DNA of 64,000 nucleotides from a virus (IMGVR_UViG_3300028603_000002:96001-160000); one strand, 5' to 3'; counted from the first letter of the stretch, positions 11,839 to 23,107 are shown. A program made the numbers and translations. Notes: generated by a model from the sequence alone, not told the origin.

Positions 11839-12237
11839 TCAGTTATCAAATATATTTTTAATAGTATTTAACTTAACTTTAGATCCGTCATATATTATAT
11901 GTTCATCATATGGAGTTTTATAATAATCAAATTTAGTAGATAATTGATCAATAACTTTCTTCATATTAGGATTCACAATTCTACCCTCAGGTATTGATAT
12001 ATGTCCATATTTATGAATTATCATAGATATCATTTTCATCGCATATCCTCTACGTTGATATTCATCTTTAATGTCGATATGTAATTGATTCCACCCCTTC
12101 TTCAATCTAAGATTAATATTGCCAATTTGATTTCCATCGTCAGTAAAATCAAATTGAACAAATTCACCATTTGTTGACGATTTAAATTTCAAACCCGATT
12201 CGTGAATAAAACGCCTATATATTTCTATCAATTTCAT
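11839..12237 (-). CDS. GNAT-family acetyltransferase-like protein
   Basis: IDIKDEYQRRGYA acetyl-CoA binding motif A. Confidence 0.6.
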   Translation of the reverse strand: MKLIEIYRRFIHESGLKFKSSTNGEFVQFDFTDDGNQIGNINLRLKKGWNQLHIDIKDEYQRRGYAMKMISMIIHKYGHISIPEGRIVNPNMKKVIDQLSTKFDYYKTPYDEHIIYDGSKVKLNTIKNIFDN

Positions 12238-12398
12238 AAATATTCCTTTTTACCAACAGCCATTAGTTATTTCGTAATATGAAATAAATATAAGGAAGTT
12301 ATTTGTCCTAATATTTCTGTCGGTATAATGTTTTATGTTAGTTTATGATTAGATTTATATCTTTCAGCTAGTTCTTTTAATGTTCTTTTGTCCATTGC

Positions 12399-13210
12399 TT
12401 ATATCATTTTAGGACTGTAACTAACATATGATTTATCCATAATTACTTCCATTAACCTCAGATCCTCAATAGATAACAGTCTAAACTGTACTGGGTCTTG
12501 GGGTATTTTATGAAGTAAACCATATCTCTCTTTATCATAGTTCAGACATAGTACTCTAACATCGTAACTCGGACCAACATCTAAGTAAAGAGTTCTCCCT
12601 ACAAAATATGCTTGCCGCAACTCTTCTAATGATTCGTTATGTTTCCCTGCCAGAAATCTTAAACAATTTGTTATGAATCTATGAGATAAACCCATTGTTC
12701 CATACCATTCAAGTAATTTTCTTTTTTCTTGTATGTCCATTATATGCAGTGTTTTATAGGTTACATAATTAACCTGATAAGTTATAATTTATACTATTAT
12801 CCTTAAATGCCTTTCGCAAATGTTTCAAGTTTCTCTCACAATGATTAGCAAACTCCGGGTCCGCGCTCCCGATGCTTGATGCATTCTCTTCTATCATACA
12901 CACAAGAGCTTCAAATTGCCTGGGTGTTAGTACCAAAGTTATCTTTTTTGCCATTTCTTAATAGTGTTTAGAAGTTATTGAATTAAGAAGGAATATCATT
13001 TCCATCATATTGCTTGAATTGTTTTTGTGTCCATCTTGTTGTGAAATACCCTTTTTTATAATTGAAATGTGATGATCTAACACAAGTACCACTAAACATT
13101 TCTCCGTACTCTTTTCCTTGTGGAGTTTCATTTAGTTTTCCGGTACATCTGACTACAATCCCATCGCTCTCTACCAAATTGCCTTCCTTAAATAAATTTA
13201 ATTGTTTCAT
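12399..13210 (-). other. Hypothetical CDSs 12399-12740, 12769-12954, 12983-13210
   Basis: Downstream of promoter 13253-13284. Confidence 0.6.
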
Positions 13211-13284
13211 CTTTAATAGTGTTTAGTTATCTAATACTTCTTAATTACATAATAAAGATAAGTAAAGTTTTTCAATTATCCAAA
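13208..13284 (-). promoter_or_regulatory. Promoter plus leader block; near-identical inverted copy at 15568-15646
   Basis: TTTGG..GAAAAACTTTACTTATCTTTATTATGTAATTA(A/G)GAAGTATTAGATAACT..AACACTATTAAAGATG shared by both. Confidence 0.8.
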
Positions 13285-13600
13285 TGATTACGAGAATATT
13301 TTCGAGAAAGATGAGAAAGATGCTATATAAAACAACCCATATAACTTAGTTGTAACAAGAGATAATCTTTATAATGGTATAAGGGTATAGATTCTCATAA
13401 ATAATCAAGGAGAATTAAAGTATGTGGGTGATACAGCAAAGTATAGGTATGGTGAGATAGTAAAACTTTAAGTGATGGCATATTAATCAGACATATTCTA
13501 GAGCCATTGAAGTATAAGATCTTGATCAGTAGGATTTAATCTCTTTTCTGAAAGAAGTTGTTTTAATTTAATGCTCATTATTTTCATTCCTTTTATATAA

Positions 13601-13894
13601 TTACTTGATTTCTAATTCACCCTCGAATGGGTTGAAACGATCTGTTAAGAATGAAGAAGATCTATGTCCTTTCTTAATATGGGTTCCTTCGGCTCCTACA
13701 ATAACAATACCACTAAATACAGTTTCACCTCCCCAATTATCAATTTTACCATCACAAAGAACTACATATTGTTTAGATGTAACGTCTGATTTAAATATAA
13801 CAAATTTATCTTTGCCGAATATCTCTTTTATCACTCGGTCAAAATCTGAGGTTGATTCATCTTCTCTTAACAAATCTTTTAGTTTTGTGCTCAT
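13601..13894 (-). CDS. Hypothetical protein, paralog of 12983-13210 with an extra N-terminal MSTKLKDLLRE leader
   Basis: Shared VV.C.GK...FSG..V...KKG...F..(Y/F)(D/E)G pattern. Confidence 0.6.
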   Translation of the reverse strand: MSTKLKDLLREDESTSDFDRVIKEIFGKDKFVIFKSDVTSKQYVVLCDGKIDNWGGETVFSGIVIVGAEGTHIKKGHRSSSFLTDRFNPFEGELEIK

Positions 13895-13914
13895 TACAAT
13901 TTTCTATTTTGCAA

Positions 13915-13946
13915 TAAATATAAGGAAGTTATTTCAATTATCCAAA
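13915..13946 (-). promoter_or_regulatory. TTTG-N20-TATATTTA promoter
   Basis: Consensus match upstream of 13894. Confidence 0.6.
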
Positions 13947-13976
13947 TGATAAGTAAAACAAGTTGCATTGAATAAC

Positions 13977-14840
13977 AAAGTACTTTGAAGTACAAAGTGG
14001 ATATAATCAGAGGGAAGCAAAAACAATCGTTGGAGGAATAAAATATTTTTTATACATTTATAATCAAATTAACTAAACTAAAAATAATAGTATCATGAAA
14101 AAAGACAAAGAGTAAGATAAAATAACAAATGCAAGTATAAGACCAGGAATTGAAGAATTCACAGTACACATGCTTTACAACGCATTGAAAGCAATGAAGA
14201 AAGATAAAGAGCGGGAGGAACTAAATTCAATAATTCCAGATAAAGAATTAGATGATGCATTTACAAACACCAATTTCGGAAATATTACAAAAAGAGATGT
14301 AGTAAGATATGCACTATTAAAAGCAGCTTGTGGATATTATAGTGGACATACAGCTCAACGTATTATAAATGAATTAGGTTTGTGTAGTAAAGATTTAAAA
14401 TTAACAAAGAAAGGTAAAAAATATTTGTATGCATCATTTAGGAATGGAACGAATCATTAAAATAAAGTAGAATACTGAATATGTGATATACGTGTAGAAG
14501 AATAAAAGTATAGTAGTATAAGTAGTTATAAAGGTTAATGGAGTATACTGATATAAGATGTATAGATTAGTAGATTGTACCACTGAGCGAAGCGAAGTGT
14601 TGAAGTAAAGTGTATAGGAATAGTTTAAGCAAGTAGAATAAAGTTATTAGGTTTGAAGGTTTGTATACGGAACGGAAGGAACGAAGTGACTGGAGTGGAG
14701 TGTATAGAAGGAATCTATACGATTAATAAAGTTATTAGTTTTACCTATATCCTGGAGATAAGTATAATTAAAGGTCTAGTTAATATTATATACAGGGGTA
14801 AGTAAAGATTTTAAAAGTACTTTGAAATACAAAGTGGATA
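13977..14840 (+). repeat. 27-bp direct repeat AAAGTACTTTGAA(G/A)TACAAAGTGGATA (13977-14003 and 14814-14840)
   Basis: One mismatch; contains the palindrome AAAGTACTTT. Confidence 0.8.
14170..14460 (+). CDS. Hypothetical protein
   Basis: ORF track. Confidence 0.55.
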   Translation: MLYNALKAMKKDKEREELNSIIPDKELDDAFTNTNFGNITKRDVVRYALLKAACGYYSGHTAQRIINELGLCSKDLKLTKKGKKYLYASFRNGTNH

Positions 14841-15149
14841 ATATATGAAAAATAAACTGTAAGGGTTGCTCTGAGTCTTCGCTTGATCTCCACAATTCCC
14901 AAACTATATTAAACTTTAATCTAATACCAAATCTTAATAAAACCAAATATCCTATTGTTGGGTGTAAAAAATCCGCGGCCTACAAAAATAAGATCAAAAG
15001 ATTTATAAACTTTAATCCACTAAAACCAAATAAAACTAAAGTTTCATAGAAATAAATACTAAACAACTTCACTCCAGTCACTCCAGTCACTTCACTTCAC
15101 TACACTATGTTACGTTTCACTTAGTTCCTTTCGTTCAGTACATAAACCT
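14657..15149. repeat. Long-range imperfect inverted repeat (14657-14700 vs 15067-15149) in a non-coding region
   Basis: AGGTTTGTATACGGAACGGAAGGAACGAAGTGACTGGAGTGGAG vs CTTCACTCCAGTCAC...TTAGTTCCTTTCGTTCAGTACATAAACCT. Confidence 0.7.
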
Positions 15150-15226
15150 AGGAATCAATTAAACATTAGTATTTGGTTATCTCCTATGTATTCATTAACT
15201 TTATTATCTAATTAACTAAACATATT

Positions 15227-15391
15227 ATGGATAAATACGAGATTACAGTATGGAGATCTGATAAGGATAATGATCCTTGGGTGGAGTATGTATATGCTGA
15301 TTCTAAATCAGAAGCTTTTAAGAAAGGAAAGGAAATGTTTTATTCATTTCAGGTAGGTAGTATATATGATGTACTTGTAGTGAAAGTTTAA
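15227..15391 (+). CDS. 54-aa hypothetical protein, not in ORF track (MDKYEITVWRSD...)
   Basis: Manual translation. Confidence 0.5.
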   Translation: MDKYEITVWRSDKDNDPWVEYVYADSKSEAFKKGKEMFYSFQVGSIYDVLVVKV

Positions 15392-15567
15392 GTGTTCTGG
15401 AATGCCCGTGAGATTGTAACTATTCCCAGAATCTTGTTATCACTTGTTTTCCTTAGTTCTCCTGTGTTTTATTGTATATTGGATACCTTATTATACCTTT
15501 GCTGTATCTCTTATTATACGTTAGTTATACACGTTATACAACTATATGAAAAATAATTGGTTAAAAG

Positions 15568-15646
15568 TTTGGAAATCTGAAAAACTTTACTTATCTTTAT
15601 TATGTAATTAGGAAGTATTAGATAACTTAAAACACTATTAAAGATG
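15568..15646 (+). promoter_or_regulatory. Promoter plus leader block (inverted copy of 13208-13284)
   Basis: TTTG at 15568, TATCTTTA at 15592-15599, ATG at 15644. Confidence 0.8.
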
Positions 15647-17062
15647 AAAAAGATATCATTAAAACAAGTAAAACAAATAGCCTCTGAAATTTCAAAGAGG
15701 TGGAAATTTGTTAAACACAGTTCATATTACAACTGTATTGATACTAAAACTGGACAGGAGTCAAATGTGGGAGGAGATTATAATTTTGCCAGTTATCATT
15801 TTAATAATGCTGTTGAGGCAATGTATTTGAGTATGATTGGTGAGAACGCGTTGTATCTTGATTGGAGTACAGTGGGTGTGAAAGAATCTGAGGAACGCAA
15901 ATCCTACATTTACAAAATACGAAAAGAGATAGTTCGACTTCTTTGTGGTTTTGACTTTGCGGGTTGCGAAGTACTTAATTATCAAAAATAACTTAGTAAC
16001 ATTAAACAAAATGGCAACAGAACAAAATATAAAAGACGGACACAGATATTTGATACAATTAAGTGTAAAGCAAGATAGCTTTTTGTTTAATATGTGGGAT
16101 TACGTTGAAAGTGTAAAAACACTTAAAGAGGCAGAAAAGCTATGTGAAGGACTATATGATAAAAGCGTTCACAAACTTCAAATATGTGATTTAGTAACGA
16201 ATACTATTGTTAGAACGTGGACGTAGCCTTGCAGCTAACATCCATATAAACTGTACATAAAATAGCAGAAATTAAAACAATAACATTATGATAAACAATA
16301 TAGTCATTAAAAATGAAACCCGTGAAATGGGGAGGAAAATAATTAAATACTTCAATGATCGAGGTATTGATACACGTATACTTAATGGCACAGCTTGCGC
16401 GGAAGAAATGCATAACAATATATACTATGGAGTTATTGATGGTTATTTTGATAACTACACCTTAAAATATGTAGAAAGAGCAGGGGCTAAAATAATAACG
16501 CTACCTGAATACCCAAAAGTAATGAGGGTAGCGCATGATAAATATTCTACCAGAACCCAACGTGTGGTCATAGGTACAGCAGATGCTGGCACCCATATCC
16601 AATATGTTGCATATAGAGATGCAAAAACATTAGATGATATACCATATCCCACTGAATTCAGGCTGTGGGACTATGCGGAAGATATTACAGAAACAGAACC
16701 TATCCTAATAGGAAATAGAGAAGTAGAAGTAACTGAAGATGGAATAAAGGTAGGTTGTACACAGGTAGACAATGAAACAATAAAAAAGATATATAACTTA
16801 AAATTTAAAGATAATGAGTAGACAAACATTCGACACTAGAGTACCTGATATGGTACAAGCAGTACTAAAGAACAATGGTGCAACCTATATAAGGAGATAC
16901 ACCGAACCAAGAATCAAAGGATATAGAACTAAATGGTGGGGAATAAATAACATCTCCCTTAATGTAGAAGAAAGGATTAAGATGTTACCTGGTATAAAGA
17001 GAGTAGTAAATATACCTGGCAAAGTTCGGTCGCCACAATCATTTGCAGTGTTTTGGGAATAA
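15644..17062 (+). other. Operon of hypothetical CDSs 15644-15991, 16010-16226, 16288-16821, 16814-17062
   Basis: Promoter upstream, terminator downstream; 16288 is paralogous to 19008-19556. Confidence 0.65.
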
Positions 17063-17110
17063 TTAAACATCCTGTATAACCAATCTGAGATTTCATTTTT
17101 ATAGTGTTAG

Positions 17111-17148
17111 CCCTTCATGGTAGAGATATCATGGAGGGTTTTTCTTTT
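17111..17148 (+). terminator. Rho-independent terminator
   Basis: CCCTTCATG-N10-CATGGAGGG followed by TTTTTCTTTT. Confidence 0.75.
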
Positions 17149-17171
17149 ATACTAGGATAGGTTATTGTTAA

Positions 17172-17275
17172 GGGGGGGTAATTGTATAAGTATAGGGGGG
17201 TATTAAAGGGGTGGGGTAAATAGGGGTTAAAAAGGGGGGTAGGGGGGTATAGATATTACGTTAAGAGGTGGGGGG
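17172..17275 (+). other. G-run cluster (G-quadruplex potential)
   Basis: Eight runs of G4-G7 within about 100 bp in an AT-rich genome. Confidence 0.7.
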
Positions 17276-17378
17276 TTCTACCTGTTAAAAGCCGGCCCAT
17301 ATGGGGTCTTAACGTGAGTATAATTTTTACTATTTCAAAACAACATTTTATTTTTTATAATATGATAATGATTTGTTG

Positions 17379-17593
17379 CTTTACTCCTACTATTCCAGTT
17401 ACAATCCACTTCGCCTCCACTTCGCCTCCGTTACACTCCGGCTCAGTATACATATCTTCAAATCTATTCCACTTTACTCCTATTATCCCAGTTACACTCC
17501 GGCTCAATATACATATCTTCAAATCTATTCCACTTCACTCCAGTCACTTTACTCCTATTATCCCAGTTACACTCCGGCTCAGTATACAAACCT
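17379..17593 (+). repeat. C-rich imperfect tandem repeats (about 61-bp period, about 3 units)
   Basis: GTTACACTCCGGCTCA(G/A)TATACATATCTTCAAATCTATTCCACTT at 17430 and 17491, partial copy at 17566. Confidence 0.8.
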
Positions 17594-17686
17594 TTGTTAT
17601 ACCCGTAGTACACAAATAAACAATGAAATACTTGTATATCTCAGAAAAATTCATTATCTTTATTATGTAAATAAAAAGTAGAAGTT

Positions 17687-17953
17687 ATGACAACTAATTG
17701 TACAACTTGTAGTAATTGCGGGCAGGTTATTGAAAATGTCATTATCATAAAAGGGAAACCTTATGGTAATACATGCGGTGCCAGACTATTAGGATTCAAA
17801 GAATTTCCTACTTGGTTTAAAGGTGGTGATTGGGATATGGCACATAAAGCGCATATCAAGTCACAGGAAGAGCAAAGTCAGTATTTTGAACGTAGACGAG
17901 AGATTACCCGCAAGCATTCTTTTCTGCTCTTGCAAGGTATGAACGATCGTTAA
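17687..17953 (+). CDS. Hypothetical Cys-containing protein, possibly truncated at a junction with the GC-richer block
   Basis: Promoter 17631-17662 upstream; 3' end overlaps convergent ORF 17904-18434. Confidence 0.5.
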   Translation: MTTNCTTCSNCGQVIENVIIIKGKPYGNTCGARLLGFKEFPTWFKGGDWDMAHKAHIKSQEEQSQYFERRREITRKHSFLLLQGMNDR

Positions 17954-20068
17954 AAACTCTACAACCATAAATACCTTCAGTCGTCAACCTCTTAATCTCT
18001 TTCCAGGACTTCACCCGCACTTTATCGCCGAGTTTAAAATCTGTAGACTGTTCACCTGCTTGTTTACCGTTACAGGACGTATCTGCCGGTGTTGCAAGTA
18101 ATTGGTCAAGCTTGGCCTCGATGCGGTTTAGCAAATCCATCAACTCGTCATCTTGCACGGATACGAGGACTTTGGCATCTTGCGGTGCTTCCGCTGGCTC
18201 GGGGTATTTTTCAAAGAATAGAGTGTAATTACCGTCATTAAGGACCGATTTCCAAAATGAATAGTCCTCCGGGGTTTCAAACCAGTCAAATCCGCCATTT
18301 ATTCTGCCAGTGGTCCGCCTCTTCTCAAACACGCTCACATCTCTTGGATTACCCTGCGTCACCTGATGCTCTAACATCTTATGAACAATTGGGTCTGCAA
18401 TGTTTTTAAGGTCGCCTTTGTATGAACATTTCATTTTGCTTGATTTTTATGTGTGAATTAATGTTATTCTTCCTCCTCCCACTCAATCAACGGACAGTGG
18501 TCGTCTTTTAATTTCTTCAGGCCATGTCCTACTGCTTTAAAGCTCTGACCTGCTTTAGATTCGCGGTTCCTCAACTTTTCAGGTAGTGCTTCGAAAAAGA
18601 GGTAGCTTAATAAAACCGTAGCTAATGCCGCTACGGGAACGAGAGCAAATACCAGAGCTGCGGCCCATACTACTTGGGATGCTGTGTTTATATATCCCTG
18701 ATCTAACTGAATCAATGCAGGCATAATGGAGATTATCAAATGAGTCAGGCCGATGCCCCATAATGCCTTAGTGCAATACATACTATGCCATGTAGGTTTA
18801 GTAGTATCTTTATCAAAATAAGACAATATATATGCTATAGAATAGTATAACACCCCCGGTATTGCAGTCACTAAGAGAAGTATAATCCCCACTAGCCCTT
18901 TCCATGTAAGGCTACACCAGTTAGTAGGATAAGAGTATGGATTACCTTCAGTAAACTGCCAGGCTTTTACGAATAGGTTGTTTTTACTCAGTTTCATAGC
19001 GGGGTATTTAGCTTTTGATTATTACCTGGTCAACGCCCAATTTCTCGGCTATTTCCTCCATTGTAAGCTCCATTATAATTTTGGGCGGAGTGTATTTGTA
19101 CTCGTCGGTGTAGAATAGATCGTCAATGCTACCTTTGATGTACTTATCTGCCTTCTCGGGCGCCAAAACTGAATCCCGCGAGATTATTCCGTCCTTTTTG
19201 GCAAATAAATATAGAAGGTGCTTGTTTTCGCTGACTGAGTCGCGACCATATAACCAACGATACCCCAACTGAATAAGCCTCACCTGAATAGCTCTTGAAA
19301 GTTCAGCGGTAGGCACATTAAACACATAGCCGCCGATTGAAGGTAATTCAATTATTTCAGCGTTGGCTTTCTCTACTTGACGCAATGTGTAATTATCGAA
19401 TTCCCCGTCAATAACTCCGTAATACCTGTAGGAATCACCATCAGATTTACAAGAGGTTCCTACAAGGTGGCGTGTATCAAATCCCCGACTTTTCCAATAC
19501 TCAATGACCTTTGCCCCGTGGTCGGGCGTTAGTGCTTCAATTACTTGGTTTTTCATTTTACAAAAGTTTTTGTTCGTTCTAAAATCTCATCCCCCAACAT
19601 CCTGCGAACAATATCGGCAGTTTGGCGTTGGTTGGCCGCTTTGTCTGAGGCAGTACGGTCAGCAGCAGCAGCAGCAGCAGAAGAATTACCACAAACAGCA
19701 CAATAAGCAGCATCAGCAGCAGCAGAACGATAACCAACAGTAACAGCAGCAGCAGCAGCAGCACGATAAGCAGCCTGCAACTCTTCCTCCGTAAGCAATC
19801 CCTCTCCGTAGGCAATAGCCGCATCAACACCCTTTATGCTGCGCGCATCTTTCATCAAATGCCTGACCGTGTTCGCACAGTGTCCTGCGCAGCCGACTAA
19901 TTTACGGCGATAAACGCCCGCTTTCTTCGCCCACCATAGCAGCCAATCGCCACGATGGCAGTCGGCTAAGGTTTGGGTAGGGGTGCGGTCGCCAAGCCAG
20001 TCAATGGCATCTTCGCAGGCAGGACCTAAATGGCCTTCGTCTGATAGTAGAAATTCTCTGAATGTCAT
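17904..20068 (-). other. GC-richer block of CDSs: 17904-18434, 18464-18997 (membrane), 19008-19556, 19553-20068 (Ala-rich, GCT repeats)
   Basis: Abutting ORFs; visibly higher GC than the flanks. Confidence 0.7.
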
Positions 20069-20213
20069 AATATAGATTTAATTACAATGTAATTTAGCAA
20101 GAAATTCCATTTATCACAAATTGTGGGTGCGCAATTTACTATTTAAAATGATAAAAAAGAAGGTACACTACCTTTATAGTTCACCTTCTTGAAAACACGA
20201 CCCGACAAAACTT

Positions 20214-20489
20214 TTACAGTCGGAATTGGCCGATGAGTTCATCAGCATGGTGACACTCAGCATGACAGTCGCAATTTCCAACACAGCTGTTTCTTGCGGA
20301 TAGCCAGAGATGATTAATCAATGGCAATTGGGAAGATTTCGACAACCCTGATAACAAGTCATTCATGCTAATTACTAACCATGATTTACTATCATGAGTT
20401 TGTACATGAATTTCTTCCACTATGTCGTCATCTAACACAAACTTAATCCTGTTACCATTATCTTTACATTCATAAATTACTTGTTCCAT
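20214..20489 (-). CDS. Hypothetical protein
   Basis: ORF track; promoter 20677-20708 upstream. Confidence 0.55.
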   Translation of the reverse strand: MEQVIYECKDNGNRIKFVLDDDIVEEIHVQTHDSKSWLVISMNDLLSGLSKSSQLPLINHLWLSARNSCVGNCDCHAECHHADELIGQFRL

Positions 20490-20520
20490 TTCTTTTTGTT
20501 ACCTTAAATTTCAAAATTGC

Positions 20521-20544
20521 CAGTAGGGTGAGGGTCGAACTCAC
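20521..20544 (-). pseudogene. Possible tRNA 3'-half remnant (T-arm only)
   Basis: Minus strand GTGAG-TTCGACC-CTCAC-CCTACTG; no matching 5' acceptor strand found. Confidence 0.25.
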
Positions 20545-20750
20545 AATATAGCTTCTGAATAAAGTGGGTTGCCAATTATTATCCTTTTCCCTAACGCTCC
20601 TAGACCAGTCTTATACTTTGTTACTTGATGCTGGTTTTAATTAAGCCTTTCTAATTAGAACCTTTTGATTATACTATAAATATAAGAAAGATCTTTCAAA
20701 GTACCAAATTATTTTGAATAAACTTACGTAATCAGTTTGATGGTACAGCA

Positions 20751-20816
20751 CTGGAGCTCCTAAGTGGAGCTCCAGATTTTAAAAATATATGGTATGGTGC
20801 AGAGTTGCAAACTCTG
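20751..20816. repeat. Two REP-like palindromes at the edge of array B
   Basis: CTGGAGCTCC-TAAGT-GGAGCTCCAG (20751-20775); CAGAGTT-GCA-AACTCTG (20800-20816). Confidence 0.6.
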
Positions 20817-21205
20817 TTTTGCCAACAAAAGAACTATGGCTAACAGCACCTAACCTCAATAAATTATCACGGTATTCATCGGCTGTAAAGTTTTCAAAGT
20901 TTGTGGTTTCTATATTCATTTGTACTAATTTTAAGTTGAAGATGTTAAGCTTATACGGATGTTAGCAAACATTTTCCAACCCACACCGCACTTGAATATT
21001 TCCAAGTTCCAATTCTCTTTCAATATCTTCAATATCTCTCCAACAATCTACTCCAACTGTATAACTATACCATCCACAAAAATCTTCAATACTATCATCA
21101 AAATAACCTTCTGAATATATTTCATATTCAAAACCATCGACAAATTCTTCTATTGTCGGTATTCTATATCCTTTTCTTAATTCTTCTGCCATCGCTAAAA
21201 ACGTT

Positions 21206-21299
21206 TGCTAACAAGGTATATATGCAATACCCTATTAAGGTTTGTACTAAATTTTAAAGTTTGGTGCAAGGGTGCTGCATATATACCCAACCGTTAGCC
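21206..21299 (+). repeat. attC-like site
   Basis: TGCTAAC...GTTAGCC; arms GGTATATATGCAATACCCT / AGGGTGCTGCATATATACC, 17/19 complementary. Confidence 0.75.
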
Positions 21300-22987
21300 A
21301 CCATTTGACGACCGTTGTACTTCGACTGCAATTTCTTCAAGCAATTCAAGTATTTCATTTGCCCAAGTGTGGTCTATGTTTATTTTTGATACCTGAGTGT
21401 CAAATCCGAGCTTTTTAGCAACATCCATATCGTGTCGCATTTCGCCCTTGAATCTCCTGTATTCTTCTTTTTTCTTTGTGATGAGTTCTAATACTTTTTC
21501 CATAACCGTTATCATTTATACAGGTGTTGACTACTCACCAATATAGTGTGTTTCAAAATCATAACCATCATTTACCTTTTGAAGTTTACCTTCGTCAAGA
21601 TTTATGATTTCTCTTATATTTTTAAGTTTAGTGTCAGCAATTTCTTTTGTGTGTATTTCAATATCAATACCTCCAGAACCGTCACCATCAATTTGAATTG
21701 GCAATAATCTGTTTGCACCAACATCACCACAATATTGTATTTTTCTGAGAGCAATCATAAAATCTTTTAAATCTTCATCAGAAATTGCTGTAATTCGCAA
21801 GTCAATAAATTTTCGTTCCATATTGTCGTTTTAAGTCGTTAAAATTATGTGCGCATAGCCATAACCGTTACCATTTATACGGGTATTGTAGCACATACGC
21901 TCACTACTTTTTCGGTTTCAATTTACCGTCTGCACATTTAGGGCAGTATATTGTTTGATGTTTTGTAATTCTCCACCCTTTTTTACTCCACGCACTGGCA
22001 GCATCATACGGGTCGCAATCCATTTCTCTTCCAATAGTTCTACACTTATGGCACATTATTGTGTTTTCAGTAGTACAATGTTCGTATAGTTCATGTATTT
22101 CATCCATCTCCGTTCGTTTTAAGATGTTAGTAATAGTTTATAAGGGTATTATCGGCAATTATTCCCAAGTAATTTCCACCATTTTTGCATCTTCCATCAT
22201 TTTCATTAATCCGCAAAATTCTCTCCAATGATATTCAGTTATTGTTTCACCTATACTATTACTAAGTTTATTTAAACAGTTGTATATCTCTGTATTAATA
22301 TAACTACCGCTAACAACAGGTGTACTTGATGCTTGTGTTTCTGCCATTTGTAAGTTCGGTTCTTTTTTCATGTTGATTAGTTGGTTGGTTTATACGGGTG
22401 TTATAGGCAATTGCCACTAAAGTATCTCTCTACATTCGGGACAATAATTTTCAGCAATTTGTTGAACCCATTTTTTATTTTTATGTTCACATCGTGGCAA
22501 CTGTTCGCTTTGCCGTACAACATTGTATAAATCCAATTGCTTACGTGCTTCAATCAATTGAGCTTCCAACCAATCCTTGTAGTTGTCGAGGTCAAAGTGT
22601 ATGTCTGTTTCACCAACCGTTTCAGGATGGTCAAGTCTAAATTCTTCTTCAAATGTATATCTCATAATTTCTGTTTTTTAATTCGCCCTACGCATACAAT
22701 CGACCGTTAGCGTTCAGCCTATCGCTGCGGGTAGTTAAGTTTATACGGGTGTTAGGTGTAATGTCAACACCATTCTACGCTAATCACTTTTAGTTTACAC
22801 CCATCAACATCATTTATTACATGCCCTTCCTTGGGGTGAGAGTCTGTAATTGATATTGGTTCATTTGTCGGTTCACACCCCATTTTGAACAATAGTCTTG
22901 AACCTTTAGGTAAAAATGCTTTTGAGGTCTTTGTGATGAACCAAGTTTTTAACTTTTCGTTACCCCAAGCAAATCGAACAACGCTAC

Positions 22988-23107
22988 ACCTAACATCCGC
23001 TATAGTGCACGTATGTTCTGTTGTTTTTGTAATATTTTGCATAACTCAAAGTTTATTTCTGTTTGGATGCGTTATTGAAGCCACGCACCATAGCTTTACC
23101 GTTAGGA
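22988..23107 (+). repeat. attC-like site
   Basis: ACCTAAC-ATCC-GCTATAGTGCACG...ACGCACCATAGC-TTTACC-GTTAGGA. Confidence 0.6.

Noticed and set aside
17314-17681. ORFs 17314-17619 and 17373-17681
   Set aside because: They arise from the tandem repeats, use weak starts, and the second runs across a promoter.
19504-19830. Poly-Q (19504-19743) and poly-L (19579-19830) ORFs
   Set aside because: They are shadow frames of the GCT (Ala) runs in 19553-20068.
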